DNA from: Vicugna vicugna
Lineage: Eukaryota
Direction: 5' to 3'
Assembly: GCA_013265495.1 (NCBI GenBank)
Contig: MU058802.1
Location: 4,724 to 68,723 of the forward strand
Length of the DNA stretch: 64,000 nucleotides
The first letter of the stretch is position 1. Each line of letters begins with the position of its first letter. A program made the translations under genes and the position numbers. The notes beneath the pieces are model-generated. The model worked only from the letters and a program-made list of their open reading frames with translations. It was not told the DNA's origin and did not search any database. This document shows, one piece after another, positions 1 to 12,449 of this stretch.

Positions 1-178
1 ACTGTATAGCACAGGGAAATATACACAAAATGTTATGATAAATCACAGAGAAAAAAATGTGACAATGAGTGTGTATATGTCCATGTATGACTGAAAAATT
101 GTACTGAACACTGGAATTTGACACAACACTGTAAAATGATTATGAATCAATAAAAATGTAAAAAATAAATAAATAAAC
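1..178 (+). mobile_element. Young camelid-type L1 3' UTR end and A-rich tail (runs off the window start)
   Basis: ACTGTATAGCACAGGGAAATATACACAAAATG...TCAATAAAAATGTAAAAAATAAATAAATAA; near-identical to the reverse complement of 4535-4697. Confidence 0.9.
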
Positions 179-319
179 AAAATTAAATATACATGTGCTT
201 TTTATTAAGCTATTCTATTTATAGACACTGAACCAACTTTATATATATATGAAGTTTTACAAATGTATCTCAAATTTTTATATATGTAAAAAAGTCTATA
301 TACATATATATTACAAAAG

Positions 320-985
320 GGTATTTACAAGAATGTTCTTAGCAACTTTATTTATAAGAACCAAAGATAAAAAACAAGGAAAAAAATAGGATATGAAGGG
401 AAGGATAGATAAGCAATTTGTTGCATAGTCATACTGTGAAATATTACTCAGCAATAAAAAGAGGGTACTGACACACCACCACCTGATGGCTGAAGGTCAC
501 ATATGTTGTGTGGACAGAACAGACACGTACGCGCACACACACACAAAGAAACATTACAGTATTACTCAGTTCATATGAAACCCTGGAAATTGAACAACTT
601 TGTTATGGTGACAGTCATATCAGTGGTTGTCCCTGGAGACCAGATAAGAGCAAGAGTGACTGGTAAGCTACAAGAAAAAACCTTTTGGATATTTGGAAAG
701 TTTATTCCGTGAGATGTGAGGATTACATTGCTGTAGTCACTATTCTCAACAATACAGCCAAGAATTATACAATGTATTCAATTTATATTTTTCAAAATCC
801 TGGGATACACTAACCATGATTATCATCTAGAGAGAACTGGGGATCTGATGCAGGGGGGTCAGAATGGCAGAATATTGATAATTCTTGAGTGGAAGTAATG
901 AGTGAATGCTGAAGCTGGTAGTTTGTATTGCAATTCTGTTCATTCTCATAGGCTTAAAATTTCCAAACTAAAAGTTAAAAATAAT
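320..985 (+). mobile_element. Ancient L1 (L1MC/ME-type) ORF2 end and 3' UTR fragments
   Basis: AAGAATGTTCTTAGCAACTTTATTTATAAG, GAAATATTACTCAGCAATAAAAAG and ATCAGTGGTTGTCCCTGG are typical old L1 3' motifs. Confidence 0.65.
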
Positions 986-2494
986 TTTTAAGTTAGTAAC
1001 AATCAATCAATTTATCTCTGAAAATTAAGGTAATACCTATATTAAATCACTAACAGCTGTCATCAATGAGCCAGGTACACTGCAGAGATCAGAGCACTGA
1101 TTCTAACACAGCTTTAGACCATTAACCATTTTATCACCTGTAAATTCTACATGAGCCTAAAAAGACTAACCTAATTCCAGATTGCAGATTCTTAACCAAT
1201 ATTCTGAGCTCTTAATAATTATCATGCAAATTTCCCTACTAAATATATCATAAGATCTATATCATATTTTTATGAATTTCATTTTTATTTGTTTAAAGAA
1301 GCTAATGCAGCTCAGGGAGTGCAAAGTAAATATTTTAATGTTTAACATTTTGTCTAAACTTTTTTAAAGATTAGTGTTGAAAATATGAAGCAAAATGTCT
1401 AAGAATTCTGTTGTAAGGCCTTTTTTAGACACAAAAATCATTATGTTACCTAATAAACCAAAAAGGAAACTAAGCCATATATTTAAAAAACATATCTTTA
1501 AAAGGTCCTTCTGTATTTTCAGGCTTGGAATTTGTTATTGGTTATTGAGTCTTTTATAAAGTTAAGAGTGAAGTATAAATTAAAAAATTAGATGTATATT
1601 TTCAACATTTATGGAGAAAATAATTTTGCAAATGTCTCATCTATTACAAGCTTTGAACCAAGAACCAAAAAAAATGTTTACTTGAAACTTTCTTTAAGTT
1701 TTTACTTAGCTTGTCAATTCTCTAATTTACAAAAGAAAATTGCTTCTTTAAATCATGTATTCGTGTGGTGGTACTCATTTCTTTGCCTCTGGTTTTGCGA
1801 ATTACATAAGACAATTTCCATGAGGTCAAAGGAAAAAAAATAAAAAGTAATGGATAACAAAAGTGTAAAAATGCAGTGATAGATTTTAAAAATCTTTAAA
1901 CCCAATAACTTGTCAGCGTTTTGAGCATTGGGAGCAGAAATCATGAAAAAGCTATATTAATAAAAAATGGTTGTTTTATGAGAAATACAAAAATATACAA
2001 GAGAATCATTTTGCTTAAATGTTCCAGGGGAAGGTCAAGTGGGTATTGAAATTCCAACATTACCATCATTGGCTAACTTCTTTGCCCTAGTGTTTTTTCC
2101 TGAAAGAGAAGATTAAACTAGATGATATTTAAGTTCCTTTCCAGATCAAATATATTGTGATTTTGTAATAAATATGAATAACTTTACAAAAGGGAGAATT
2201 GATCATTTGAATGGGTCATCATTTATTTTATGTATTTCATCTCTTCCTCTTATTTATCAACTATGTTTCATTTTATTTTCTGTTGCCATCTTGTTTCACA
2301 GCTCAGTACAGGTAATAAACAATTTGATGCTTGATTTTATTAGCCAGTAATTTTCAAAATCTTATCCTCATAATGGAGGAAAATAAGCAAGAACATTAAT
2401 ATTCACAGAAAAAAAGAATGAGTTTTTATTCCTATGAGAAAAGACATTTTACCAAAGTATTTGTGTGTATGAATATGTGTTTGTGTGTGACAAT

Positions 2495-2750
2495 TACACA
2501 TCTGAAAAGAGGCTTAAAATCACCAATGTTTATAGAAATACAAATTGAAACCAGAATGAGATATCACTGCATCTATCAGAATGATTGAAATTTATGTCTA
2601 TCATGACAAGTGTTGGTGAAAATGTGGAGAAACTTGAACTCTCATCCACTGCTTGTGAGAATGTAAAATATTACATCCACGTTGGAAAACAATGTGGTCA
2701 TTTGTTAAAACAAAAAATGCTCACCTATCATATGACCCTGCCATTTTTAA
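2495..2750 (+). mobile_element. Old L1 ORF2 C-terminal fragment
   Basis: GAAATACAAATTGAAACCAGAATGAGATATCAC...AAGTGTTGGTGAAAATGTGGAGAAACTTGAACTCTCA...CATATGACCCTGCCATT. Confidence 0.8.
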
Positions 2751-2764
2751 AGAAATGAATATCA

Positions 2765-3250
2765 ATTCCAGATCTCTTTCCTTTAGTCCTTTCGGCAGCC
2801 TTTTCCCTAGCCGTGGATATTTTTTTTTTCATATGCATGCACTGATCATTATTCTACTAAATACTGTGGGAGAGTATCTGTACATCTCCATCTGTATATC
2901 TTCCCTCTCTAAGTTTCTCTCTTCTCTCTGCTACTCTGTTCTACAGTTGCTATCTATCTTGTTTTCCCTGGACCCATCAGCTAGGTCTCTTCAACACAGG
3001 AAGGTGTTGATTATACTGGAAGATATCCTTCCATGACCTGCAAACCCTATCAAGGCAGTACGTTTGCCAATTACAGGGCTCGTCTTGTTTGTTTCCCCTC
3101 TTTGCAGAAACACTGTCCTGCATTCCATGACTTTTCAATGTTTGCAAACTGTTCTTTTACATACGTTTTCTGTTTCTTTAGTTGTTTCAAGAGGTAGTGA
3201 AAAATTCCTCCCTGTTAATTTACCTTGGTCAGAAGCAAAAGTGTCTTGTA
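2765..3250 (-). mobile_element. HAL1/L1ME-type 5' region fragment
   Basis: CATATGCATGCACTGATCA...TAGTTGTTTCAAGAGG...CCCTGTTAATTTACCTTGGTCAGAAGCAAAAGT resembles the HAL1 5' end; homologous to 12450-13185. Confidence 0.6.
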
Positions 3251-3379
3251 TTAGTTTTTTATGATGTGTTTTCTCTTACACCCCATCTCTAACCCAAGAA
3301 TAAATGCTACGGCTGCTACAATCAAAACATACTAAGATTTGACAGCTTTAAGTCAGATTATCCTAAGATTTTGCTCTAA

Positions 3380-3970
3380 ATCTACATCACTACTCACGCA
3401 GATTGAAAAAAAATGCATATTGATATTTCTGTATCCACATTTGCCGCCCTTCATCCAATTACCCTCACAGCAGGAAGAGTGATACTCATACAAAAAAATG
3501 CTCATTACATAAAGCTTGGCTCAAAACCCTTCAATTGATATCCATCTATGCAGAGGGAAAAGCAAAATCTTTTCCCTACACTTTCAGCCCTCTGTCATAT
3601 CGGCCTATTACTCCTCCAAATTCGTTTTCCTCCAGTTACCCAGACATAACAATCTCTACTGTCCCGAGATGCATGGTCTCTCTTTCCTTCAGCGCCATCT
3701 CATCATAGTCTTTTCATGACCTTAAATGCACATTCTCATCAATCTCTCTCCCACCTTGGGATATTTTCATTTTTTACTATAAATGCTAGCACAACTTGAT
3801 ATATTAAATATTAATTGATTGCCTAACACTTTTCCATTTGAATGTTGGAAATAGGACTTACTTAAATTTTGTTCCCAGCCATAACCCCACTTCCACCCGA
3901 GGATCCAGAAAAGGCTCTGACACATTTCTGGCTTAAGTAAATATGTGTTAGCTGTATTGAATGATTGAGT
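3380..3970 (+). mobile_element. L2 LINE fragments
   Basis: GGCTCAAAACCCTTCAATTG motif, pyrimidine-rich body, and a degenerate TTGAATGATTGA tail. Confidence 0.55.
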
Positions 3971-4529
3971 CCCATTAATATTTACAACACCTCTCATCTA
4001 GGGTCCATCAATCTAATATGAGAGCTAATGAAACAGAGACTCAGAATATTTGAGTCACCCAATCAATGTTAAAGAACTGAGTAATTAATTCTGGACAAAA
4101 TAAATTATTTTTCTGTTATATATAGCTGCTAAGATATATAAAGTTAAAACATTGACCAAGACAATTGTGATTGATTACACACATACAAAATGAGGTCAGT
4201 AAATATTGGTTATTATTTTAAAATTAAATATCAAATTTAAGTTGTAATATTCTATCATTGTGTGAGATAGTTCAACATTGACATTCATGATATTTTACAA
4301 ATGCTATTTTGCCTCTTTGTAATCACGTCAGCCATCAGTCACATCTACTAGAAAATAATGGAAGCTTTCTATGTGGGAACCTCATCTTGCAAATACGGAA
4401 TGAAATGAGGAATTATATAGGTAGTCAATGACATATATTTCTTTCTTTTACACAATACCTAATAAAATATCTTTTTTTTCTTTTGTTAGTGTCCAGTGCA
4501 AAAGTTCAGTGCAACAATCCCCAATTGTT

Positions 4530-4979
4530 TTTTTTAACATTTTTTATTGATTTATAATCATTTTACAATGTTGTGTCAAATTCCAGTGTTCAGCACAATT
4601 TTTCAGTCATTCATGGACATATACACACTCATTGTCACATTTTTTTCTCTGTGATTTATCATAACATTTTGTGTATATTTCCCTGTGCTATACAGTGTAA
4701 TCTTGTTTATCTATTCTACAATTTTGAAATCCCAGTCTATCCCTTCCCACCCTCTACCCCCCTGGTAACCACAAGTCTGTATTCTCTGTCCATGAGTCTT
4801 TAGATTCCACATATGAGCGATCTCATATGGTATTTTTCTTTCTCTTTCTGGCTTACTTCACTTAGAATGACATTCTCTAACATTGGAGTGCAGGTGTCAT
4901 CCTGAAGTAGATTTCCTTCTGGGTACAAGCCCAGGAGTGGGATTCCTGGGTCATATGGTAAGTCTATTCCTAGTCTTTT
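4530..4979 (-). mobile_element. Young 5'-truncated camelid-type L1 with two internal deletions and a 10-bp TSD
   Basis: Poly-T, then 3' UTR and ORF2 C-terminus (LGIDLPYDPGIPLLGLYP...CTPM|LENVILSEVSQKEKEKYHMRSLICGI*); TSD CCCAATTGTT at 4520-4529 and 4980-4989. Confidence 0.93.
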
Positions 4980-4999
4980 CCCAATTGTTGAATACAGGA

Positions 5000-5470
5000 T
5001 TCGATATAACAATTAGGTCAATACTGTCAATAGAGATTTTCAAATTATTTCTATCCTTGTAGACTGCTTTATCTCCTTGATCTGCAGAGATGATCCAAAC
5101 TATAACCATGTAGAGGCAAAAATTTACCCATTTAGTTCTGTCATTTTTGTCTTATATATCAGAAGCTATATTTTTGAAACTGCATCATTACCGAACCATT
5201 TCTTTGTGGTAAAAAAATCTTCTTCTTATGTAACAGCCCTATTTATCTCTATTAATTAACTGTAACTCTATAATATATTGTGTCTAGTGGGTGCATAAAT
5301 TTTCTTTGAGTTAATATTTGCTTGATATTATTTTTCATCATTTTACTTTCAACATTTATGCATACATTTTAAAACCATATTATAGGCCATTGCTGATTCT
5401 TATTTGCTAATCCAGACCGAAGATTCTTGATTTTTAATTTGTGAGTTAGTACTTGATATGATAATTGGTC
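5000..5470 (-). mobile_element. Highly decayed old L1 ORF2 (endonuclease-region) fragment
   Basis: TTAATATTTGCTTGATATTATTTTTCATCATTTTACTTTCAAC and AATCCAGACCGAAGATTCTTGATTTTTAATT. Confidence 0.5.
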
Positions 5471-6165
5471 CTATGCTTTGATTTAACTATGAGTTAAATA
5501 TTTTGCACCTCTGTACTTGCAGCTAAAAAAGGACTGTTACTCTGTTATTTTTGCTTTAATAGCATACACCTAGAATTGAATAAATATATGTTTAATGAGT
5601 ATAAGAATGAATAAATAAATGGATTACAATTAAGCCATCACTGAATTTGACTTATCAGAATTACTTCCATTTTGTTGACCTTGTTAAAAAAATTAAAGAC
5701 TGTTATATTATTGAAATTTTAAGATACATATAATATGTTATAAATAATAAATTAAGCCAACCTTTTTATCCACTGTAAAAGATCTAGTATTATTCCTGGG
5801 GGAGGAACAGAAATTTTAATCAATATTCTCATTGTCAAATAATTTTCAAGAACCTTTTGGAATAACAAAATTTTGATAAAAAATCCTCACTATTTAAAGA
5901 TACATATTTTGAGTGTAGGGTTTTAATTTAATAAGTTATAATTGACATTATCTTATTCACTCTATCCAATAAAGCTGGGGTTTGTTTCTCAATTAGGTTA
6001 AAATCATTCTACTGATTAGGTAAGTTGTGAGTAGAGTTTTTAGGAAAAAAATAAGTGGAATTTCCTATTATCTCTGCCTTGCTTATAAAGTTTTCATTAG
6101 GCAAACTGAAAGCAACTACAAAATAAACAAGGCCTGGAAGATAAGCGATATTAATAGTAACTATT

Positions 6166-6310
6166 ATTTTTTCCTTTTTTATTGAAGTATAAGTGGCATA
6201 CAATATTATTTTAGTTTCAGGTGTTCAATATAGTAATTTCATATTTTTACAGATTATATACTCCATATAAAGTTATTATAAAACATTGACTATATTCTTC
6301 ATGCTGTATT
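6166..6310 (-). mobile_element. Short artiodactyl-type L1 3' end
   Basis: Poly-T followed by ATTGAAGTATAAGTGGCATACAATATTATTTTAGTTTCAGGTG...TTGACTATATTCTTCATGCTGTA. Confidence 0.8.
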
Positions 6311-7649
6311 TTTAAAGGGAACTTATTGTTTAGTAGTGTAACTATTTGAATAATCCAAAGTCCACATTTATGAGTCCAACAGTATAAACAAATTTTCTAA
6401 TGTTTATATTGTGTCACTACTGACAGTAGAAAAGTTTTGATTATCTATTATAAATGAAATTTGTCTTTATGATATTATCTCTATTGGCCAAGTGAATCAA
6501 AGTGCAAGTGTCTACAGAAGATGACCAACTCACACATTCAAAAAACTATGCAAAGCCCAAGTCATTAATGCTAAGATGAAACTTCTTCATGCCCTCATGG
6601 AAAAAATTTAACATATTTCTACCTTTAAAAGTCTCTGGAATCTTCCTTCAAATTTGACTCCCTCATTTATTATGCAATATATTTCAAATTATAGACATTC
6701 AATTGCTGTGACGTTCAAAGTTAACAGAGTCAAAAAATAGAAAAAATGGAGCAAAATATATTAGCAAACATGGCACAAAAGGTAAAAATTAAACATTATG
6801 GCTGAAATAGAAATGGCTAATTTGACTTACACAAGTGTAGAGAAAATAAAGGAACTTTAAAAACAGTCATACAAAACAGAACATTAGGACCATTATTTCA
6901 GGTATCAAATATTTACAGGAACTTGGTCATATTATGCCCTTTGATTCTCTAGTTTCCAGTTCTCAATAGAATGATCAGCTGTAACCATAGTGCTCCCTCG
7001 TGCTCAACCATGACATGCTCTTGCAATTTGAAACCTATCATCTGTACCACAGTCTGATTGAATGCATAGTCTCATTTATCAGTCCTTTCTTAAGACAAAC
7101 CCAAAGTTGCTAAAATGCTTTTGAATACTGAAAAGTGAACTTCAGACTCCTCCTTGAAGAAAATCTCGACATGTCAGTTTCCCAGGCACGACCAGTAAAC
7201 TCTCTTCTCTCTGTACCGGTAGCCTTTCTGCACTTCGCTATATTTTTTGCCTCTTCTCAGTATTTTTCCTCTAACATGGACATTTTCCCATGTCTGCATA
7301 TGGAAAGAGAAAATCCTTTTAAAAACCACAAGTTTAAGCCTTTATTAAAACGTGGCCATGTGAGAATAGCTCTGTAATGAGTGCCATGGGGGACACAATC
7401 AGATTTCAGAATTTATAAAGAATGATTGACAAAGGTCAAGTACAGGTTTGTACTGAGAACTGTTCATTGTTCAAATTCTTGGAGGTGAAAGGATACTTAA
7501 ATATACGAATATAGGACAAAAGTCATTAAAACTGGTGCTGCAAATTAGAAGTCATTGATTGGATAGTCCTGGGTTTAACAAGATAGATGGAAAGCATAAT
7601 AGTGGCTGAACGGCTTGCAAAGGTCAAAGGGAAAATTGTTTAGTCTTTC

Positions 7650-7870
7650 TGAGATTGAAACACTGAAAAATGAATCCTGAATCTGCCACATGCACTTTTT
7701 GAAATGTGAGCAAAATATTTATTCTCTTTGATTCTTTGTTTCCTTACTATAAAATATGACTAAAACTCATTTCATAAATGTTTCAGAATTTAAGTAAGAT
7801 AATACAAATACAATACTTAACAAAGTGGCCTATAAAAAACAAAATATGGAGTGACATCCATTTTTATTAA
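7650..7870 (+). mobile_element. MIR SINE (decayed)
   Basis: GAATCCTGAATCTGCCAC...TTTCCTTACTATAAAAT...AAGTAAGATAATACA...ACTTAACAAAGTGGCC. Confidence 0.55.
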
Positions 7871-7989
7871 TAATCAGTGGTTTCTGTTTTTTGCTTTGTG
7901 GTTTTTTTGTTTGTTTCAAATTGTCTAATATTAAGTTCACCAGATTTTTGATGAATTAAATTAAAAAATAATTAGCATCGTTGTGATTA

Positions 7990-8712
7990 TTCCACCTGTT
8001 ACCATGCCTTGTCCAGGCTCCTTTCAGAACATTTCTTAGACTAATTCTCTACCCTGCTTCTTCTATACTTTACCTCCATTCTGTATTATTGAAGTTATAG
8101 TGGCTCAAAGCTAATTCCTTTACTTTTAGTCTCTAACTCATTTAAACAAGTGTGTATGTCAATGCCAGGCAAGACTTCCCTAAGATTAATTCTGCTTCTG
8201 TTCAAAACCTTCAATGGCTCCTTATTTCTACAGTAAAATACACTTCAGTTCTGCATTCATGGTCTTCTGTTGAATTTATTGTCTGAAATAATTGGCCCTA
8301 CTTGATTTCTAAGGCTCCTTCTTATGTAACCTTTCTACCTATCAAATTGACCTATATATTTCCTGCCAAATATGCTCCATAATTTCTCACATCTATTTTT
8401 TTGCTTATTTATCTTTTTATCCAGAATGCCCTTTTTTTCTTACAAGTTCAAGTCATGTATATACTTAAGTTCTCCAAATTACTGTCTTGTTGTTCTCAAA
8501 GATTTTCCACAATTTGGAATATTGTGGTAACTGTGTTATCTGAATTTACATAATACCTCATCTACATCTTCTGAATGTGTAGATAATTTTAAATCTACAT
8601 TTCATACTAATTCACCAGTCAGGCCAAGCTCCTTGAGAATGAGCTATTTTTGATTCCTTTTTTGGTCTCCCCAACCAGACCTAGAAAACTTGTGCATCTC
8701 AGTGACTGAATG
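7990..8712 (+). mobile_element. L2 LINE fragments through the 3' end
   Basis: CTGTTCAAAACCTTCAATGGCTCC; AAGCTCCTTGAGAATGAG...GACTGAATG. Confidence 0.65.
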
Positions 8713-9429
8713 GCAGAACTTTCCTCCTGCTTCCGAGTGTTGATGTCTTTCTAATACAATACCATCCACCTTCATAAAGCAAGTACTTGTCATTCTACAG
8801 GATAGCTGACTCATAAAAATTAGAGTTGCAGGGTTCCAGCACTTTGACATTTCTTGAAAAAGAGATTCTGATAATCTTTCTTTAGAATATCATCTGTGGA
8901 TATAGGATAGCTCATGTATTATGCCTATAAATACAAATGAAAAAACTGACGGTGAGAATCTGTAAATGCACTTGTCAATGCAGCAAGATTTGCTTTATAA
9001 ACGATTCGTGTTGCTATGAGATCAAATACTGTCAGTACATTTTGATCATACTTATCCAAGGGCAGCTTTTGCAGGATAACAGTTTTCTCACATCTCACTC
9101 TCACCATTAGACAAGCACGGTGGCTTACTGTAAAAGCTGAGCTGCTGGGCTTTGCCTACTCTCAATAGTACTAATTGCATGATGAAAAGACTGCCAAGAG
9201 GTTTGACATTTAAATGGAGTTATTTTGCAGGCTTTGGGAGTGGTTGGCCTGTAATGAAGTAGTCTGTGATCCATGATGAAAGTTTCAACAACATCCTAAT
9301 TCGCTGATGTGACTTTTACTGATTCAAAATTTACAGTTTTGCGAAGTTGGTTTAAAAAGAATTTTTCTTAAGACAAGACCATTTTAAATGTTTTTCATTG
9401 GCATCTATCCCTAATGATAAACAAAAAAT

Positions 9430-9670
9430 GTCATGGTAATGTGCCTAAGAAATGGAGAACACTGGATTGAATTTCAAGGCTTTATTTTACATGGGAAGAT
9501 TTGATTTCTAGGGCCAGTTTCACAACTTAAAATTTCTGTGATTTAATTAAAAATTTTGTTCCCAGAAACTATGATACTGGAAAAATAAAATATCTGCCTG
9601 TATTACTTTCCAGAAATTTAGGTAAGATTAATTGAAATAACAGTTTGTGAACTATAAGGTGAGATAAATA
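9430..9670 (+). mobile_element. MIR/MIR3-like SINE (decayed)
   Basis: GAGAACACTGGATTG...GTAAGATTAATTGAAATAACAGTTTGTGAACTATAAGG. Confidence 0.45.
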
Positions 9671-10734
9671 CACTGTGAATTTAATAATTAAAATTGGAAC
9701 GTAACAAAAAATTATATGACATTTGGGACAATGTTGAGTAATTATAAAAGTGGGTAAGTATTTTGGATTTATTTTTAAATCATTCTTACCAATAGTCCTT
9801 CCTAAAAATCTATTGAATTTTCATTGACTGAATAAAGCAATATAAGATAGCAGATATCAAAAAGAATCCATGTATTAGGGTAGATCAAATAAACACACAG
9901 GAAAAACTTTAAACTTCAAAGCAAATGAAAAGGTTTTGAGGATATGGTAATGGGTTTAATGTAAGGAAGAAGTCAGTCTGAGTCATGATAAATCAAAGAA
10001 GACATCAGAGGTCAGATTTATCTTGAGCTGACCATTAAATAATTTGTAGAACATATATTTTGCAAATAAAAAAAAGAAAAAAGAGAAAGAGAATCTTATA
10101 AATAAACCAGGATAAAAAAAAAGCAAGGCCTATTTTATGAATACTAAGGAAAAGAAACGTAAGTAAAACTGATGAAGAGAGTGAAAAGCAAGCTTGAATT
10201 AGTCATAAAGTTCCCACAGACCACATTATGCAGGATTTTGGAATGAACTGCATATCAGCCAAGCATAGATTTTGCAGCGGCTGCAGATCGTAAAACAACT
10301 GAAAAACCTCAAAAGACGTAAACCAAAAATGAAAAAGGAAACAAGAAACTCCGTATGAATTGTATAATTTCTGATCCAATTGAAGAGCGCGTCTAGGGCA
10401 GAGTCAGATTGTGATTTCCCTAGTTTTAGTTTTATCTTTTCCAATGCACATATATATATGTGGGGATTATATGAAATCTGATGATAGAGGATGACTGTAG
10501 AACAACAAGCATTATCACGTCAGCTGTACTCCATCCCATTCCGATAAGGCTCTTAGTAGCCCTGATACCAACCTGACATCAATCACAATAATAAACCTGC
10601 TTCTGGCAACTATTCCTCGTCCCCTTTCCTGGTGTGTATTGAGTTAAGGATTAAAACTCAATATTTTTAGAATATTTTAGAGATGGCTTAACTCTCATCA
10701 GCATAAGTGGATTTGTGCCTGAGTTGCCATGCAG

Positions 10735-10994
10735 CAAGGCAGGATAATAGAATGGGGAAGAGCCCAGACTCTAGAGAAAGTGACCTGGACTGATCTGCGA
10801 CGCATGTCTTGGGCACTTTGGGAAAATGACTTTTCCTCTCTAAGCCTCAGTTTTCACCAACGTCAAACTGAGAGGTTCCAGAGTCTCTCAGAAGTTATTT
10901 ATGTATACGAAATGAAACATTCTTTACTTTTGTAAAGTGCTTCGCCTAATGCCTGGTACATAGAAAATGTGCACTATTTGCTGACTAATTATTA
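10735..10994 (+). mobile_element. MIR SINE, near full length
   Basis: AAGAGCCCAGACTCTAGAG...CTCTCTAAGCCTCAGTTTTC...GTAAAGTGCTT...TGCCTGGTACATAG. Confidence 0.8.
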
Positions 10995-11130
10995 ATCACT
11001 AGAGCCCAAGATTAACTCATGTTTCCCCAAAGCAGTCTTACTTTTTTTATACTGAAAGTAGCCATTCCTTTTTTTATATTGAGAGAAACCACAGTGTTAT
11101 GGGGCTGAGGAGTCATATTTAGGCTTGTAA

Positions 11131-11243
11131 ATTAGGTTACAAGCTCTTTGCAGTCAGGGACAAAGTCTTATTTGATTTCTTCATCCCCAGTGCCTAACAA
11201 AGTGTCCAGTAAATAGTAGATGCAATAAATGTTTGATGAATGC
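11131..11243 (+). mobile_element. L2 3' end
   Basis: AAGCTCTTTGCAGTCAGGGAC...CATCCCCAGTGCCTAACAAAGTG...AATAAATGTTTGATGAATG. Confidence 0.8.
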
Positions 11244-11864
11244 AGCTATTAAAAGGGAGAAGGAAGAGACAACAAACACTTTCTGCCCATCAATTGCGGC
11301 AAGTGGGAATAGACCGGTTTAGATAACTTTTAGCTGTTGAACGAGAAGCAAATCTGAAGACCTTGACACAGCCGGCTTGGAATTGAGCTGTGATACTTTG
11401 CTGTCCACTGGGGAACTGGAACAATCACACTGGGCAGGTAAGTTCTCAGAACACTTCTACCCAAACTAGCTGTTATATATTAAGATCTAATTGCTATTGT
11501 TTTTTTGCAAGGGTTTTTCCCACTATGTTGTGCAATGATATATTCTAAAATAGATATATTCCTTTCTTAATGCATATGGCAGGAAAAATATTTATTTTAA
11601 ATATTAGTAATACAAAATGCAAAATTTTTCATCACTCATGTAAAAAGCATTAACATATTAGGGTCATTGATACAAATTTGCCTAGATGAAAAACTATATT
11701 AAATGTTAAAAAAAAAAGTTGTTCAAAGGGAGGAACATTAAAATTGCTATTTTAAAATTCAAGATATTTTCATCAGAATGTGGGGGATTATAAATACAGT
11801 AAAGTAAACTTGATCAAATTACTGTGCTATGGATCAATGTTTCCACCTAAAGAAATATTGACTC

Positions 11865-12030
11865 TTTTAAAAATTTGTGAGGTCAAATTATTTTCATAAT
11901 AATACTAAGACATGACTTGCCTTTTCCAGGGTGCTGACATTTACACTGATGGTGTCAAAGCAATGATGGCTAAGCTACTGGCCCCTTATCACAAATAAAG
12001 ACAGTACACATTCCAAATGTCCCCAGTGAA
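11865..12030. mobile_element. hAT-Charlie (Charlie1-like) DNA transposon fragment
   Basis: GAGGTCAAATTATTTTCATAATAATACTAAAGACA...TGACATTTACACTGATGGTGTCAAAGCAATG. Confidence 0.7.
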
Positions 12031-12129
12031 ATAGCACTAAAACTGTTAATTTGAAACATCCTGGATCCTGACTACACATCTTTTCTTTTTTAAAATTGGA
12101 AGTGACAAAGTGCACCAATACAGAATGCA

Positions 12130-12290
12130 TTTCTCCTACATACTGCAATATGATAAACATTGCATTTTTAAGTATATTCTGCATTCAGTATCCTCATATT
12201 TTATTGAGAATTGCTGCATCTACATTGACGAGGAGTGCAGATCTGCAGTTTCCTTGGTCTCATTTTCTGGGTATGGTTTATGTTCCCTTA
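12130..12290 (-). mobile_element. Old L1 ORF2 fragment
   Basis: ATATTTTATTGAGAATTGCTGCATCTACATTGACGAGG...TCTGCAGTTT. Confidence 0.65.
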
Positions 12291-12449
12291 CAGAAGTAGT
12301 TCCGTGTATCTGACCTTTAGTGATAATGCCATTTTAGTCTTAGATACATATATTTAATTTTAGAGTTTTTATATATCATGCTATCACTTTACATTTATAC
12401 ATGAGCTTTGTTCTGAGTATAATTATGCTATTTAAATTAAATTTGATAA

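Noticed and set aside
9175..9325. Possible C/D-box snoRNA (ATGATGA twice, CTGA twice)
   Set aside because: Terminal stem is weak, I recognise no rRNA/snRNA guide or known SNORD, and such boxes are common by chance; an Rfam/snoReport hit would reverse this.
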